A DNA stretch of 64,000 bases from Leucoraja ocellata. Taxonomy: Eukaryota. Where the stretch lies: NCBI GenBank assembly GCA_036785375.1, contig JAWMAR010002394.1:1-64000 (forward strand). The letters run 5' to 3'. Made by a program: the position numbers and the translations under genes. The notes below the pieces were generated by a model. It saw nothing but the letters and a program-made list of their open reading frames with translations, had not been told where the DNA came from and searched no databases. Position 1 is the first letter of the stretch, and every line of letters begins with the position of its first letter. Positions 48,716 to 62,539 of this stretch are shown in pieces.

Positions 48716-50584
48716 TTCGTTCCTGACAACAACAGATTCAAGTCAGAGTGGTTACATTTCAAACGCAGACCATTAGACAATAGACAATAGACAATATTTG
48801 GTCTACAGTGTACAAGCCCAGCCGCTCCATTCTCTCAGCATATAACAGTCCTGCAATCCCGGGAATTAACCTTGTAAACCTACGCTGCACTCCCTCAATA
48901 GCATGAATGTCCTTCCTCAAATTAGGGGACCAAAACTGCAGATAATACTCCATGTGTGGTCTCACTAGGGCCATGTACAACTGAAGAAGGACCTCTTTGC
49001 TCCTATACTCACCTCCTCTTGTTATAAGGGCCAACATGCCATTCGCTTTCTTCACTGCCTGCTGCACCTGCATGCCCACTTTCATTGACTGATGAACAAG
49101 GACCCCCCAGATCCTGCTGCACCTCCCCAAGCGGCGACACCCTGTGAAGAAGCGTCTTCACCTGAAACATCACCCATTCCTTTTCTCCAGAGATGCTGCC
49201 TGACCCGCGGAGTTACTCCAGCTTTTTGTATCTATTTTCGGACAGTCCTCTTGTGTTCCATTTGCCTGATGGATCTCCCGGTTTCAAACCATTTTAACTC
49301 TCCTTCCCATTCCCACACCGACCCCTCTGCCCTGAGTCTCCTCCGTTGCCTGAGTGAGGCCATTGGAGAAACTGGACCTCATTCTCCATCTCGGTAGCTT
49401 AGAACCCAATATTGAACTGTGAATTTTCTATTGTCAGATCACGCCAGTTCAGGCGACTGTTCGAGCTCGACAAACGAATCTTCGAGACCAAGGTGTCTCG
49501 GCCACAAGATGGCGCCACAATGGTGTGATTTGACAGAGATTGTTACAGGTTGTAATAATAGACCAATAATGACACTTTGTTAATAGGATCTTGTTCATGT
49601 TCTTTATATAATGACACCAATTTATCGCCGAATGTTGTGCGCTGGAAAGTTATTAAAAGTCCTGCTGTATCCGAAACTGTAATACGTCTCTTCTGTTAAA
49701 TGGATGTCCATTCAACCGGTAAATACGCGTATGTGTCTCATAAGGTCATAAGGTCATAAGGTCAAAAGGTCATAAGTGATAGGAGCAGAATTAGGCCATT
49801 TGGCCCATCAAGTCTACTCCACCAGTCAATCATGGCTGATCTATATCTCCCTCCTAACCCCATTCCCCTGCCTTCTCCCCATTCCTCTAACACCTGTACT
49901 AATCAATAATCTATCTATCTTTGCCTTACAAATATCCACTGATTTGACATCATCAAGCTACAAAAATAATTCCACAGATTCACCACCCTCTGACTAAATA
50001 AATTCCTCCCCATCTCCTTCCGAAAAGAACCTCCTTTAATTCTGAGTCTATGAGCTCGAGTCCTAGACTCTCTGGTTAGTGGAATAATCCTCTCCACATT
50101 CACTCTATCCAAGCCTTTCACTATTCAGTAAATGTCAATGAGATATCCTCTCATCCTTCTAAATTCCTGCTGGTACAGGCCCAGTGCCGTCAAACGCTCA
50201 TCATATGTTAACCCACTCAATCCTGGGATCATTCTTGTAAATCTCCTCTGAACCCTCTCCGGAGCCAGCACATCCTTCCTCAGATATTGGTCTTATAGAA
50301 TCCTACAGCTCCTCTCCTTGGCATTCACTGCAACCCGATCTCAGGTAAAACATTTCCAATCTCCGCAATGTGTTAACAAATAATCTGAAATAGTGTTTGA
50401 AATTAACCCAAGGAGTATACACAAGTAAAAGATCACAACATCCCAAAGGAGCAGCAGCAACTGTGGAGAACATGGTTATTACCGGATTGTCTGCAGAACA
50501 AAGCATTTCACTGCATCAAGGTACATGTGAGAATCAAGTGCCATTAGGGCAGCCCGGTGGCGCAGCGGTAGAGTTGCTGCCTTA

Positions 50585-51700
50585 CTTCTAATTCCCTCTT
50601 CCAAATCATTAATATATATGGTAAACAGTTGTGGCCCCAACATCGAGCCTTGTGGGACTCCACTCGCCACTGCCTGCCAATCTGAAAAAGACACGTTCAC
50701 TCCTACTCTTTGCTTCCTCTCTGCCAACCAATTTTCTATCCATGTCAACACCCTACCCCCAATACCATGCGCTCTAATCCTAGACACCAGTCTCCCGTGC
50801 GGGACCTTATCAAAGGCTTTCTGAAAGTCTAGATACACTACATCCACTGGCATCCCTTCATCCATTTTACTTGTCACATCCTCACAAAATTCAGAAGATT
50901 AGTCAAGCATGATTTCCCTTTCATAAATCCATGTTGACTTGGACTAATCCTTTTACTGCTATCCAAATCCCCATTATTACCTCTTTAATAATTGACTCCA
51001 GCACCTTTCCCACCACCGAAGACAGGCTAACTGGTCTATAATTCCCCGTTTTCTCTATCGCTCCTTTCTTGAAAAGTGGGATAACATTAGCTATCCTCCA
51101 ATCCACAGGAACTGATCCTGAATCAATTGAACATTGGGAAATGATCACCAATGCGTCCACTATTTCTAGAGCCACCTCCCTGAGAACCATCAGGCCCAGG
51201 GGATTTATCATCCTTCAGTCCCATTAGCCTACCCAATACTATTTCTCGCCTAATGAAAATTTATTTCGGTTCCTCTACCTCTGTAGATCCTCAGTCCTCC
51301 AGTACATCTGGGAGATTGTTTGTGTCTTCCTTACTGAAGACAGATCCGAGGTACCTATTCAACTCTTCTGCCATTTCCTTGTTCCCCATAATAATTTCAC
51401 CCGTATCTGCCTTCAAGGGACCCACATTTGACTTTGCTACTCTTTTACCCTTACCATATCTAAAGAAGCTTTTACTGTCCTTCTTTATATTCCCGGCCAG
51501 CTTCCCATCTTACTTCATCTTTTCAGCCCGTATTGCCCGTTTTGTTTCCTTCTGTTGTCCCATGAAAGTTTCCCAATCCTCTGGCTTCCGGCTACTCTTT
51601 GCTGCATTATACATTTTTCCTTTTAATTTTATACTAACCGTAACTTCTCTTGTCAGCCACGTTTGCCTCCTACTCCCCTTAGAATCTGTCTTCCTTTTTG
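50585..51700 (-). mobile_element. CR1 ORF2 fragment (paralogue of 8210-9340)
   Basis: ORFs 50479-50877 and 50921-51211 with RT motifs. Confidence 0.88.
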
Positions 51701-52292
51701 GACTAACTGAACTAAACTGATCTAAACTCAACAAAACTGAACGAAACTAAGCATTATTGAATCTCGGAATAGGTGACGTTTCGGGTGAGAACACTTATTC
51801 AGACTTTGTGTCTATTTTTGTAAACCAGCATTTGCTGTTCCTTGTTTCTACAATATATACAGTTGGTTCTGCTATAACTTGACATCTGTTTCTTAAAGCA
51901 ACCTCGCCATTATGACAATTGGAAACGAGGGTTTGGTCTCGAGTGTTTCTGAAATTAACGCTTAACCCCCAGACAATTCTCCATAACAATTAGGTTTTTT
52001 CCATAGCTAATATAATAATATATATTAGTTATGAAAAAATCCTTGAAAAAATACTGTATATGTGTATTACTGCAAGCTAAATTACTAATGTTACATTGTT
52101 AAATCGATTAGTATTGTACAAGATATTGCTTGTAAATTTCAATGGCTTCCTGCAGCGAAACTCACAGCCTGTGTTGTTACGAAACAATGATCATTGATTA
52201 CTCCAGGGAGGTTACATGGAAACAGTTTTTCGTTATCCCCGACTGTTTTCCCACAAGGCCGGTATTTTTCCTGCATGTAAATTTGCATAATA

Positions 52293-55200
52293 CAGTGGTT
52301 TGCAAAAGTTTTACATACCCCATGAACTTTTCCACATTTTGTCACGTTACAACCACAAATGTAAATGTATTTTATTGGGATTTTATGTGATAGACCAACA
52401 CAAAGTGGTGCAAAATTGTGAAGTGGAAGGAAAATGATACATGGTTTTCAAATTGTTTTACAAATAAAAAACTGAAATGTGTGGCGTGCAAAATTATTCA
52501 GCCCCCCTGAGTCAATACTTTGTAGAACCACCTTTCGCTGCAATTACAGCTGCAAGTCGTTTGGGGTATGTCTCTACCAGATTTGCACATCTAGAGACTG
52601 AACTTTTTGCCCATTCTTCTTTGCAAAATAGCTCAAGCTCAGTCAGATTGGACGGAGAGCGTCTGTGAACAGCAATTTTCACGTCTTGCCAGAAATTATC
52701 AATTGGATTTTGTTCTGGACTTTGACTGGGCCATTCTAACACATGAATATGCTTTGATCTAAACCATTCCATTGTAGCTCTGGCAGTATGTTTAGGGTCG
52801 TTGTCCTGCTGGAAGGTGAACCTCCGCCCCAGTCTCAAGTCTTTTGCAGACTCTAACAGATTTTCTTCCAAGATTGCCCTGTATTTGGCACCTTCCATCT
52901 TCCCATCAACTCTGACCAGCTTCCCTGTCCCTGCTGAAGAAAAACATTACTACAGCATGGTGCTGCCACCACCATGTTTCACAGTGGGGATAGTGTGTTC
53001 AGGGTGATGTGCAGTGTTAGCTTTCCGCCACACATAGTATTTTGCATTTAGGCCAAAAGCTTAAATTGTGTTCACATCTGACCAGAGCACCTTCCTCCAC
53101 ATGTTTGCTGTGTCCCCCACATGGCTTGAGGCAAACTGCAAACGGGACTTCTTATGGCTTTTTTCAACAATGGCTTTCTTCTTGCCACTCTTCCGTAAAG
53201 GCCCGATTTGTGGAGTGCACGACTAATAGTTGTCCTGTGGACAGATTCTCCCACCTGAGCTGTGGATCTATGCAGCTCCTCCAGAGTTGGCTATTTGGCT
53301 GCTTCACTGATCAATGCTCTCCTTGCCCGGCCTGTCAGTTTAGGTGGACGGCCATGTCTTGGTAGATTTGCAGATGTGCCACACCCTTTCCATTTTCGGG
53401 TGATGGATTGAACAGTGCTCCGTGAGATGTTCAAAGCTTGGGATTTTTTTTATAACCTGACCCTGCTTTAAACTTCTCCACAACTTTATCCCTGACCTGT
53501 CTGGTGTGTTCCTTGGGCTTCGTGATGCTGTTTGTTCACTAATGAATCGATTGGCCAGGTGGGCAGAGGAATGGTTGATGGAATGTAATACAGAGAAGGG
53601 TGAGGTGTTGCAATTTGGGACGTCGAACAATGACAGGACCTACGCAGTAAATGGTAGGCCTCTGGGTAGTATTGTAGAGCAGAGGGATCTAGGAGTACAG
53701 GTGCATGGTTCCATGAAGGTCAAGTTGCAGGTAGATAAGGTCAGAAAGGCTTTTGGCACTTTGGCCTTCATTAGTCACAGTATTGAGTATAGAAGTTGGG
53801 AGGTCATGTTGCAGTTGTATCAGACGTTGGTGAGACCGCATTTAGAATATTGTGTTCTGTTCTGGGCACCATGTTATAGGAAAGATATTGTCAAGCTTGA
53901 AAGGATTCAGAAAAGATTTATGAGGATGTTGCCAGGACTGGAGGGTGTGAGCTATGGGGAGAGGTTGAGTAGGCTGGGTCCATGGAGCGTAGGAGGATGA
54001 GGGGAGATCTTATAGAAGTATTCAAAATCATGAGAGGAATAGATCGGGTAGATGCACAAAGTCTCTTGTCCAGAGTAGGGGAATCGAGGACCAGAGGACA
54101 TAAGATGGCGGACTGCGGGGGTGATGCGCCGTTGTGTATGGCTGCTCCTCCTGCAGTCCGTCCTTTCTCCCTTTTTTATTTTTATTTTTAGTCCTGTCCG
54201 TGAAAATTGTTCATTGGGAGTCTTCTTTAATGTGGTGGGTGGGGGGGTGGGGGGGAAGGGGGAAACTGTTTTAATCCCAGTCCTACCTGGTCGGAGATGC
54301 GGTTTTCTTCCGAACCGCTTCTTCGTCCTCTCTGTGCGGCCTACCATCGAGCTGGAGCAGCGCTGGAGCGACGATTTCCTGCCGGGACTACAGCTTCGCC
54401 GGCGGTGCAGATTCTGGGACACCAACACCAACACAGAGCGGGCGATGCCTTACCGGGTCGCCTTCCGGTAAGCTCCGGGGCACTGGGAACGCCGACTGCA
54501 ACATCGCTGAGCTGCGGCTGCAGAGCGTCCAGCCGCGGGCAGGCGGCACTGGATTTCAACACCGCGGGGCCTGGTGTCCGAGTTCGCCAGTGTCAGAGGT
54601 CCGGCCAGCGCGGCCTGAGAACTTTGGACATTGCAGTCTTCAGGGAGGAAGCGGCCGCTTCAGTCCAGGCCGTTGAAGAGTGTTCACCCGACGCCGATGG
54701 TCCAGCTTCATGGCAGAGGGCCTGAGAACATCGAGTTGGCTGAGGAGGCCACATATAGACCCCGACCTCGGGTGGACTATGAGGGGGAGAACTGGATATT
54801 TTTAGTGCCTTCCCTCACAGTGAATTCTGCTGTGGGGGGACGTTTCATGTTGATTTCTATAGTGTACTGTTCTGTGTCTTTTTTCTTTTTCTCTTTTTTG
54901 TTTTGTATCGATTTATTGACATTTGATCTGTTCAATTAATTTAATCAATCTCTGTAAAGCACTTTGGTTCAAATACTGGTTTTGTTGAAAAGTGCTATAT
55001 AAATAAACATTATTATTATTATTAATGTTCTCTAACACACCTCTGATGCCCTCACAGAACAGCTGTATTCATACTGAGATTAGATCACACACAAGTGGAC
55101 TTTATTTACTAATTAGGTGGCTTCTGAAGGCAATTGGTTGCACTGGATTTTATTTAGGGGTATCAGAGTAAAGGGGGCTGAATACTTTTGCACGCCACAC

Positions 55201-55385
55201 TTTTCAGTTTTTTATTTGTAAAAAAAATTGAAAACCATGTATCATTTTCCTTCCACTTCACAAGTATGCGCCACTTTGTGTTGGTCTATCACATAAAATC
55301 TCAATAAAATACATTTACGTTTATGGTTGTAACGTGACAAAATGTTGAAAAGTTCAAGGGGTATGAATACTTTTGCAAGCCACTG
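52293..55385 (-). mobile_element. Tc1-like DNA transposon, decayed, with a nested insertion
   Basis: TA-flanked ~210-bp TIRs CAGTGG(T/C)TTGCAAAAGT. Transposase fragments FQQDNDPKH...WPSQSP (52512-52898) and GLYGRVARRKPLL (53072-53254). Empty site in paralogue at ~22828. Confidence 0.92.
53545..55022 (+). mobile_element. Composite insert in Tc1: CR1 RT fragment (53545-54100) joined to a GC-rich element with an L2-like (ATT)n tail
   Basis: ORF 53506-54000 RT C-terminus; 3' end tgtaaagcactttg...aaagtgctatataaataaac(att)n; flanked by TAATG on both sides. Confidence 0.65.
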
Positions 55386-55434
55386 TAGTTTTCAAGCGGT
55401 TCCCACGCATCCGTCGAGTCATGTCTCAATCGCA

Positions 55435-56510
55435 GGTACACAAAAAAGCTGGAGAAACTCAGCGGGTGCAGCATCATCTATGGAGCGAAGGAAATAGGCA
55501 ACATTTCGGGCCGAAACCCTTCTTCAGACTGATCGGGGGCGGGGGTGGGTGGGGACAAGAAAGGAAAAAGGAGGAGGAGCCGAAGGCTAGGGGATGGGAG
55601 GAGACAGCAGGAGGGCTAAGGAAGGGGAGGAGACAGCAAGGACTAACAAAATTGGGAGAATTCGATGTTCATGCCCCCAGGATGCAGACTATCCAAACGG
55701 AATATGAGGTGCTGTTCCTCCAATTTCCGGTGCTGCTCACTGTGGCCATGGAGGAGACCCAGGACAGAGAGGTCGGAGACGGAGTGGGAGGGGGAGTTGA
55801 AGTGCTGAGCCACCGGGAGGTCAGCTTGGTTATTGCGGACCGAGCGGAGGTGTTCGGCGAAACGATCGCCCAAGCTGGCTTGGTCTCACCGATATAGATC
55901 TGCTGACATCTAGAGCAGCGGATGCAATAGATGAGGTTGGATGAGGTGCAGGTAAACCTCTGTCGCACCTGGAACGATTGCTTGGGTCCTTGAACGGAGT
56001 CGAGGGGGGAGGTAAAGGGACAAGTGTTGCATCTCTTGCGGTTGCAAGGGAAAGTGCCCGGGGAGGGGGTGGTACGAGAGGGAAGGGAAGAATTGACAAG
56101 GGAGTTATGGAGGGAGCGGTCTTTGCGGAAGGCAGATATGGGGGGAGATGGGAAGATGTGGCGAGTGGTGGGGTCACGATGGAGGTGGCGAAACTGACGG
56201 AGGATTACTTGTTGTATGTGACGGCTGGTGGGGTGAAAGGTGAGGACTAGGGGGACTCGGCCCTTGTTGCGGGTGGGGGGATGGGGAGAGAGAGCGGTGT
56301 TGCGGGGTATGGAAGAGACCTTCGTGCGAGCCTCATTCATGGTGGAGGAGGGGAAACCCCGTTCCCTGGATAATGAGGACATGTCAGATGTCCTGGTGTG
56401 GAACGCCTCGTCCGTGGAGCAGATGCGGCGTAGACGGAGGAATTGGTAGTAGGGGATGGAGTCCTTACAGGAAGCAGGGTGGGAAGAAGTGTAGTCCAGA
56501 TAGCGTCTGG
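55435..56510 (-). mobile_element. Penelope-like retroelement 3' part (GIY-YIG endonuclease)
   Basis: ORF 55669-56382 PCNRKRCNTC...LIYCIRCSRCQQIYIGET; ORF 55643-55873 RFAEHL...VAQHFN...EQHLIFRL; hammerhead-like motif at ~55500-55527. Confidence 0.88.
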
Positions 56511-57672
56511 ACTACATGTCTCAATAGCGTTGTGCAAACACTGAAATAGTAGACATTTCCTGCAATTGTGAAACATTTCGGGGGTTTTGCAATTTCATCG
56601 CATCGCTCTCACGGTCTTTACCAAACACCGTCCCAAGAAATACATGGCCACGGATCAAACAGCAGGATTTCAGCTATCAGTTTAGTTTATTGTCACGTGT
56701 ACCGAGGTACAGTGAAAAGCTTTTGTTGCTTGCTATCCAGTCGGCAGAAAAACAATACATGATTACAATCGAGCCATTGTATACATGATAAGGGAATAAC
56801 GTTTAGTGCAAAGTAAGGCCAGTAAAATCCCATCAATGATAGTCCGAGGGTCACCAATGAGGTAGATAGTAGTTCAGCGCTGATCTATGGTTCTGGTGAG
56901 ATGGTTCAATTGCCTAATAACAGATGGGAAGAAACTGGCCCTGAACTGAATTGAAATTTGCATTCCAACTCATTCCAAGTGCAACATAAAAGTTAGTAGA
57001 AAAGTAGACACAAAATGCTGGAGTAACTCAGCGGATGAGGCAGCATCTGTGGAGAGAAGGAATGGTCGACGTTTCGTGTCGAGACCCTTCTTCAGTCTGA
57101 AATTCAGGAGGGAAATTGATCTGCCGACTGCCATAAAAACACAAAACATGAAATTAATGTGACGAGTGGAAAGGATTGGGGATGTGCAAAAATTGAGGTG
57201 TGGGGTAGGGGGAAGGGGTTAATCTCAGTCTACCCCACGACAGAAGGGAGAGGAGTTGTACAGTTTGATCGCCACTGGGAAGAAGGATCTCAAGTGACGT
57301 TCTGTGCTGCATCCTGGTGGAACCAGTCTGTTGCTGAAGGTGCGATATGGAACGATGAATGAAAGACATGCAAAAACAGTAACGATGACAAAGCAAGCAT
57401 GCTCAGGACTTTCATATGAAGAAAGACTGGATAGACTCGGCTTGTACTCGCTAGAATTTAGAAGATTGAGGGGGGATCTTATAGAAACTTACAACATTCT
57501 TAAAGGGTTGGACAGGCTAGATGAAGGAAGAATGTTCCCGATGTTGGGGAAGTCCAGAACAATGGGTCACAGTTTAAGGATGAAGGGGTAATCCTTTAAG
57601 ACCGAGATGAGAAAAACATTTTTCACACAGAGAGTGGTGAATCTGTGGAATTCTCTGCCACAGAAGGTAGAT

Positions 57673-58208
57673 GAGGCCCAGGGAGCCGTTGCCGAGAGAG
57701 GGGAGGAGTACCTGCGCTGTAAGTATAAAATACACCGCGGGGCTTGTTTCCACAGAGGCCCAGGGAGCCGTTGCCGAGAGAGGGGAGGAGTACCTGCGCT
57801 GTAAGTATAAAATACACCGCGGGGCTTGTTTCCACAGAGGCCCAGGGAGCCGTTGCCGAGAGAGGGGAGGAGTACCTGCGCTGTAAGTATAAAATACACC
57901 GCGGGGCTTGTTTCCACAGAGGCCCAGGGAGCCGTTGCCGAGAGAGGGGAGGAGTACCTGCGCTGTAAGTATAAAATACACCGCGGGGCTTGTTTCCACA
58001 GAGGCCCAGGGAGCCGTTGCCGAGAGAGGGGAGGAGTACCTGCGCTGTAAGTATAAAATACACCGCGGGGCTTGTTTCCACAGAGGCCCAGGGAGCCGTT
58101 GCCGAGAGAGGGGAGGAGTACCTGCGCTGTAAGTATAAAATACACCGCGGGGCTTGTTTCCACAGAGGCCCAGGGAGCCGTTGCCGAGAGAGGGGAGGAG
58201 TACCTGCG
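57673..58208 (+). repeat. 82-bp monomer tandem array (~6.5 units) forming the 5'UTR of a full-length CR1
   Basis: Unit aggcccagggagccgttgccgagagaggggaggagtacctgcgctgtaagtataaaatacaccgcggggcttgtttccacag; ORF-track period 82. Confidence 0.93.
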
Positions 58209-61200
58209 TACCAAATCGCCAACGTTCCAGAGAAAGAGCTGGGGGAATCCTCTGATTGGTTCAGAGGAAGCCACTGATTGGTTTACATTTTTACATTTTT
58301 GCCTTTAGGCTAAGGATTCTGGGAGGTAAGGATTCTGGGAGGTAAGGATTCTGGGAGGTAAGGATTCTGGGAGGTAAGGGTACAGTATTTATTAGTAAAG
58401 TTTAACAGATAAAGTTTTGTGTTTTTTAATATTTAATATAGTTAAATTGGGAGTAGGATATGTCAGTGGAGATTGGCCCCGTGGTTTGCTCAGCCTGCAA
58501 CATGTGGGAGATCAGGGATATGGTCGGTGTCCCTGGTGACTATGTTTGCAGGAAGTGTGTACAGCTGCAGCTCCTGGCAGACCGCATTGAACGATTGGAG
58601 CTGCGGTTGGATTCATACTGGAGCATCCACGACGCTGAGAAAGTCGTGGACAGCACGTACAGTGAGTTGGTCACACCGCAGGTAAAAGGTAAGAGGACGG
58701 AAGGGGAACGGGTGGCCAATAGTCAGCAAAGCAGTAGGCAGGTAGTGCAGGAGTCCCCTGCGGTCATCTCCCTCCTAAACAGATATACCATTTTGGAAAC
58801 TGTTGATGGAGATTGCTCATCAGGGGAATGCAGCAGCAGCCAAGTTCATGGCACCATGGGTGGCTCTGCGGCACATGAGGGGGGGGGGGGGGGAAAGAGT
58901 GGAAGGGCAATAGTAATAGGGGATTCAATTGTCAGGGGAATAGATAGGCGTTTCTGCGGCCGCAAAAGAGACTCCAGGATGGTATGTTGCCTCCCTGGTG
59001 CAAGGGTCAGCGATGTCACTGAACGACTGCAGAACATTCTGGAGGGGGAGGGTGAACAGCCAGTTGTCGTGGTGCATATTGGCACCAACGATATAGGTAA
59101 AAAAAGGGATGAGGTCCGAAAGGATGAATTTAGGGAGCTAGGAGATAAGCTTAAAAGTAGGACCTCAAAGGTAATAATCTCTGGATTACTACCAGGACCA
59201 CGGACCAGTCAGAGCAGAAATAGGAGGATATTGCAGATGAATACGTGGCTTGAAAAATGGTGCAAGGGGGAGGGATTCAAATTTTTAGGGCATTGGAACC
59301 AGTTCTGGGGGAGGTGGGACCAGTACAAACAGGACGGTCTGCACCTGGACTGGAATGGAACCAATGTCCTTGGGGGGGGTGTTTGCTACTGCTGTCGGGG
59401 AGGATTTAAACTAATGTGGCAGGGGGATGGGTACAAGAGCAGAGGGGCAGGGGGGTGTAAAATGAAGGTAGAAGCAAGTGGTAGCAAGGTGAAAAGTAAA
59501 AGTGGCAGGCAGACAAAACCAGGGCAAAAATCAAAAAGGGCCACTTTTCAACATAATTGTATAAGCGTTGTAAAAACAAGCCTGAAGGCTTTGTGTCTCA
59601 ATGCAAGGAGTATTCGTAATAAGGTGGATGAGTTGAACGTGCAGATCGCCATTAATGATTATGATATAGTTGGGATCACGGAGACATGGCTCCAGGGTGA
59701 CCAAGGCTGGGAGCTGAACATCCCGGGATATTCAATATTCAGGAGGGATAGAGAGAAAGGAAAAGGAGGTGGGGTAGTGTTGCTGGTTAGAGAGGAGATT
59801 AACGCAATGGAAAGGAAGGACATTAGTTTGGAGGATGTGGAATCGGTATGGGTAGAGCTGCGAAACAATAAGGGACAGAAAACGCTGGTGGGTGTTGTGT
59901 ACAGGCCACCTAACAGTAGTAGTGAAGTTGGGGATGGCATCAAACAGGAAATTAGAAATGCTTGCGACAAAGGCAAAGCAGTTATAATGGGTGACTTCAA
60001 TCTACATATAGATTGGGTGAATCAAACTGGCAGGGGTGCTGAGGAAGAGGATTTCTTGGAATGTATACGGGATAGTTATTTAAACCAACATGTAGAGGAA
60101 CCAACGAGAGAGCTGGCTATTTTGGACTGGGTATTGAGTAATGAGGAAGGGTTAGTTAGTAGTCTTGTTGTGCGTGGCCCCTTGGGCAAGAGTGACCATA
60201 ATATGGTTGAGTTCTTCATTAGGATGGAGAGTGACATTGTTAATTCAGAAACAATGGTTTTGAACTTAAAGAAAGGTAACTTTGAGGGTATGAGACGTGA
60301 ATTGGCCAAGATTGACTGGCAATTAATTCTAAAAGGGTTGACGGTGGATATGCAATGGAAGGCATTTAAAGACTGCATGGATGAACTACAAAAATTGTTC
60401 ATCCCAGTTTGGCGAAAGAATAAATCAGGGAAGGTAGTGCATCCATGGATAACAAGGGAAATCAGGGATAGTATCAAAGCAAAGGATGATGCGTACAAAC
60501 TAGCCAGAAAAAGCAGCATACCGGAGGACTGGGAGAAATTCAGAGACCAGCAGAGGAGGACGAAGGGCTTAATTAGAAAAGGAAAAATGGATTATGAAAG
60601 AAAACTGGCAGTGAACATAAAATCTGACTGCAAAAGTTTTTATAGATATGTGAAAAGAAAGAGATTAGTTTAAACAAATGTAGGTCCCTTGCAGTCAGAA
60701 ACAGGTGAGTTGATCATGGGGAACCAGGATATGGCGGACCAATTGAATAACTACTTTGGTTCCGTCTTCACTAAGGAAGACATAAATGATCTGCCGGAAA
60801 TAGCAGGGGCCCGCGGGTCAAAGGAGGTGGAGGAATTGAGTGAAATCCAGGTTAGTCGGGAAGTGGCGTTGGGTAAATTGAATGGATTAAAGGCCGATAA
60901 ATCCCCAGGGCCAGATAGGCTGCATCCCAGAGTACTTAAGGAAGTAGCTCCAGAAATAGTGGATGCATTAGTAATAATCTTTCAAAACTCCTTAGATTCT
61001 GGAGTAGTTCCAGAGGATTGGCGGGTAGCAAACGTAACCCCACTTTTTAAGAAGGGAGGGAGAGAGAAAACGGGGAATTACAGACCAGTTAGCCTAACAT
61101 CGGTAGTGGGGAAACTGCTAGAGGCAGTTATTAAAGATGGGATAGCAGCACATTTAGAAAGTGGTGAAATCATTGGACAAAGTCAGCATGGATTTACGAA

Positions 61201-62485
61201 AGGTAAATCATGTCTGACGAATCTTATAGAATTTTTCGAGGATGTAACTAGTAGCGTGGATAGGGGAGAACCAGTGGATGTGGTGTATCTGGACTTCCAG
61301 AAGGCTTTCGACAAGGTCCCACATAAGAGATTAGTATACAAACTTAAAGCACATGGCATTGGGGGTTCAGTATTGATGTGGATAGAGAACTGGCTGGCAA
61401 ACAGGAAGCAAAGAGTAGGAGTAAACGGGTCCTTTTCACAATGGCAGACAGTGACTAGTGGGGTACCGCAAGGCTCAGTACTGGGACCCCAGCTATTTAC
61501 AATATATATTAATGATCTGGATGAGGGAATTGAAGGCAATATCTCCAAGTTTGCGGATGACACTAAGTTGGGGGGCAGTGTTAGGTGTGAGGATGATGCT
61601 AGGAGACTGCAAGGTGATTTGGATAGGCTGAGTGGGCAAATGTTTGGCAGATGCAGTTTAATGTGGATAAATGTGAGGTTATCCATTTTGGTGGCAAAAA
61701 CGGGAAAGCAGATTATTATCTAAACGGTGGCCGATTGGGAAAGGGGGAGATGCAGCGAGACCTGGGTGTCATGGTACACCAGTCATTGAAGGTAGGCATG
61801 CAGGTGCAGCAGGCAGTAAAGAAAGCGAATGGCATGTTGGCTTTCATAGCAAGAGGATTTGAGTATAGGAGCAGGGAGGTTCTACTACAGTTGTATAGGG
61901 TCTTGGTGAGACCACACCTGGAGTATTGCGTGCAGTTTTGGTCTCCAAATCTGAGGAAGGACATTATTGCCATGGAGGGAGTGCAGAGAAGGTTCACCAG
62001 ACTGATTCCTGGGATGTCAGGACTGTCTTATGAAGAAAGACTGGATAGACTTGGTTTATACTCTCTAGAGTTTAGGAGATTGAGAGGGGATCTTATAGAA
62101 ACTTACAGAATTCTTAAGGGGTTGGACAGGCTAGATGCAGGAAGATTGTTTCCGATGTTGGGGAAGTCCAGGACAAGGGGTCACAGCTTAAGGATAAGGG
62201 GGAAATCCTTTAAAACCGAGATGAGGAGAACTTTTTTCACACAGAGAGTGGTGAATCTCTGGAACTCTCTGCCACAGCGGTTAGTTGAGGCCAGTTCATT
62301 GGCTATATTTAAGAGGGAGTTAGATGTGGCCCTTATGGCCAAGGGGATCAGAGGGTATGGAGAAATGGCAGGTACGGGATACTGAGTTGGATGATCAGCC
62401 ATGATCATATTAAATGGCGGTGCAGGCTCGAAGGGCCGAATGGCCTACTCCTGCACCTAATTTCTATGTTTCTATGTTTCTATAT
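57673..62485 (+). mobile_element. Full-length young CR1 LINE (ORF1 Zn-finger/coiled-coil/SGNH esterase; ORF2 APE + RT), few lesions
   Basis: ORF 58460-60673 (CxxC, GDSIVRG, HIGTND, DGLH, then NARS, ITETW, GDFN, SDH); 60689-61723 (FADDT); 61651-62385; (TTTCTATG)n tail. Confidence 0.95.
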
Positions 62486-62539
62486 TTCATTGGCTATATT
62501 TAAGAGGGTTAGATGTCGCCCTTGTGGCTAAAGGGATCA

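Larger units (their letters stand above)
44800..51985 (+). repeat. Segmental duplication of ~1805-7050 and ~8210-9620
   Basis: Collinear near-identity: pseudo-V, 66-bp array, TM-Lys exon, microsatellite, UTR exon and the same LINE fragments. Confidence 0.92.

Noticed and set aside
57673-58208. Regular repeat array resembling CRISPR or a repeat protein
   Set aside because: Units are contiguous with no unique spacers, in a eukaryotic LINE 5'UTR.
58460-60673. Novel 737-aa esterase-endonuclease host protein
   Set aside because: CR1 ORF1 and ORF2 joined by a homopolymer frameshift. The esterase ORF1 is a known CR1 feature.
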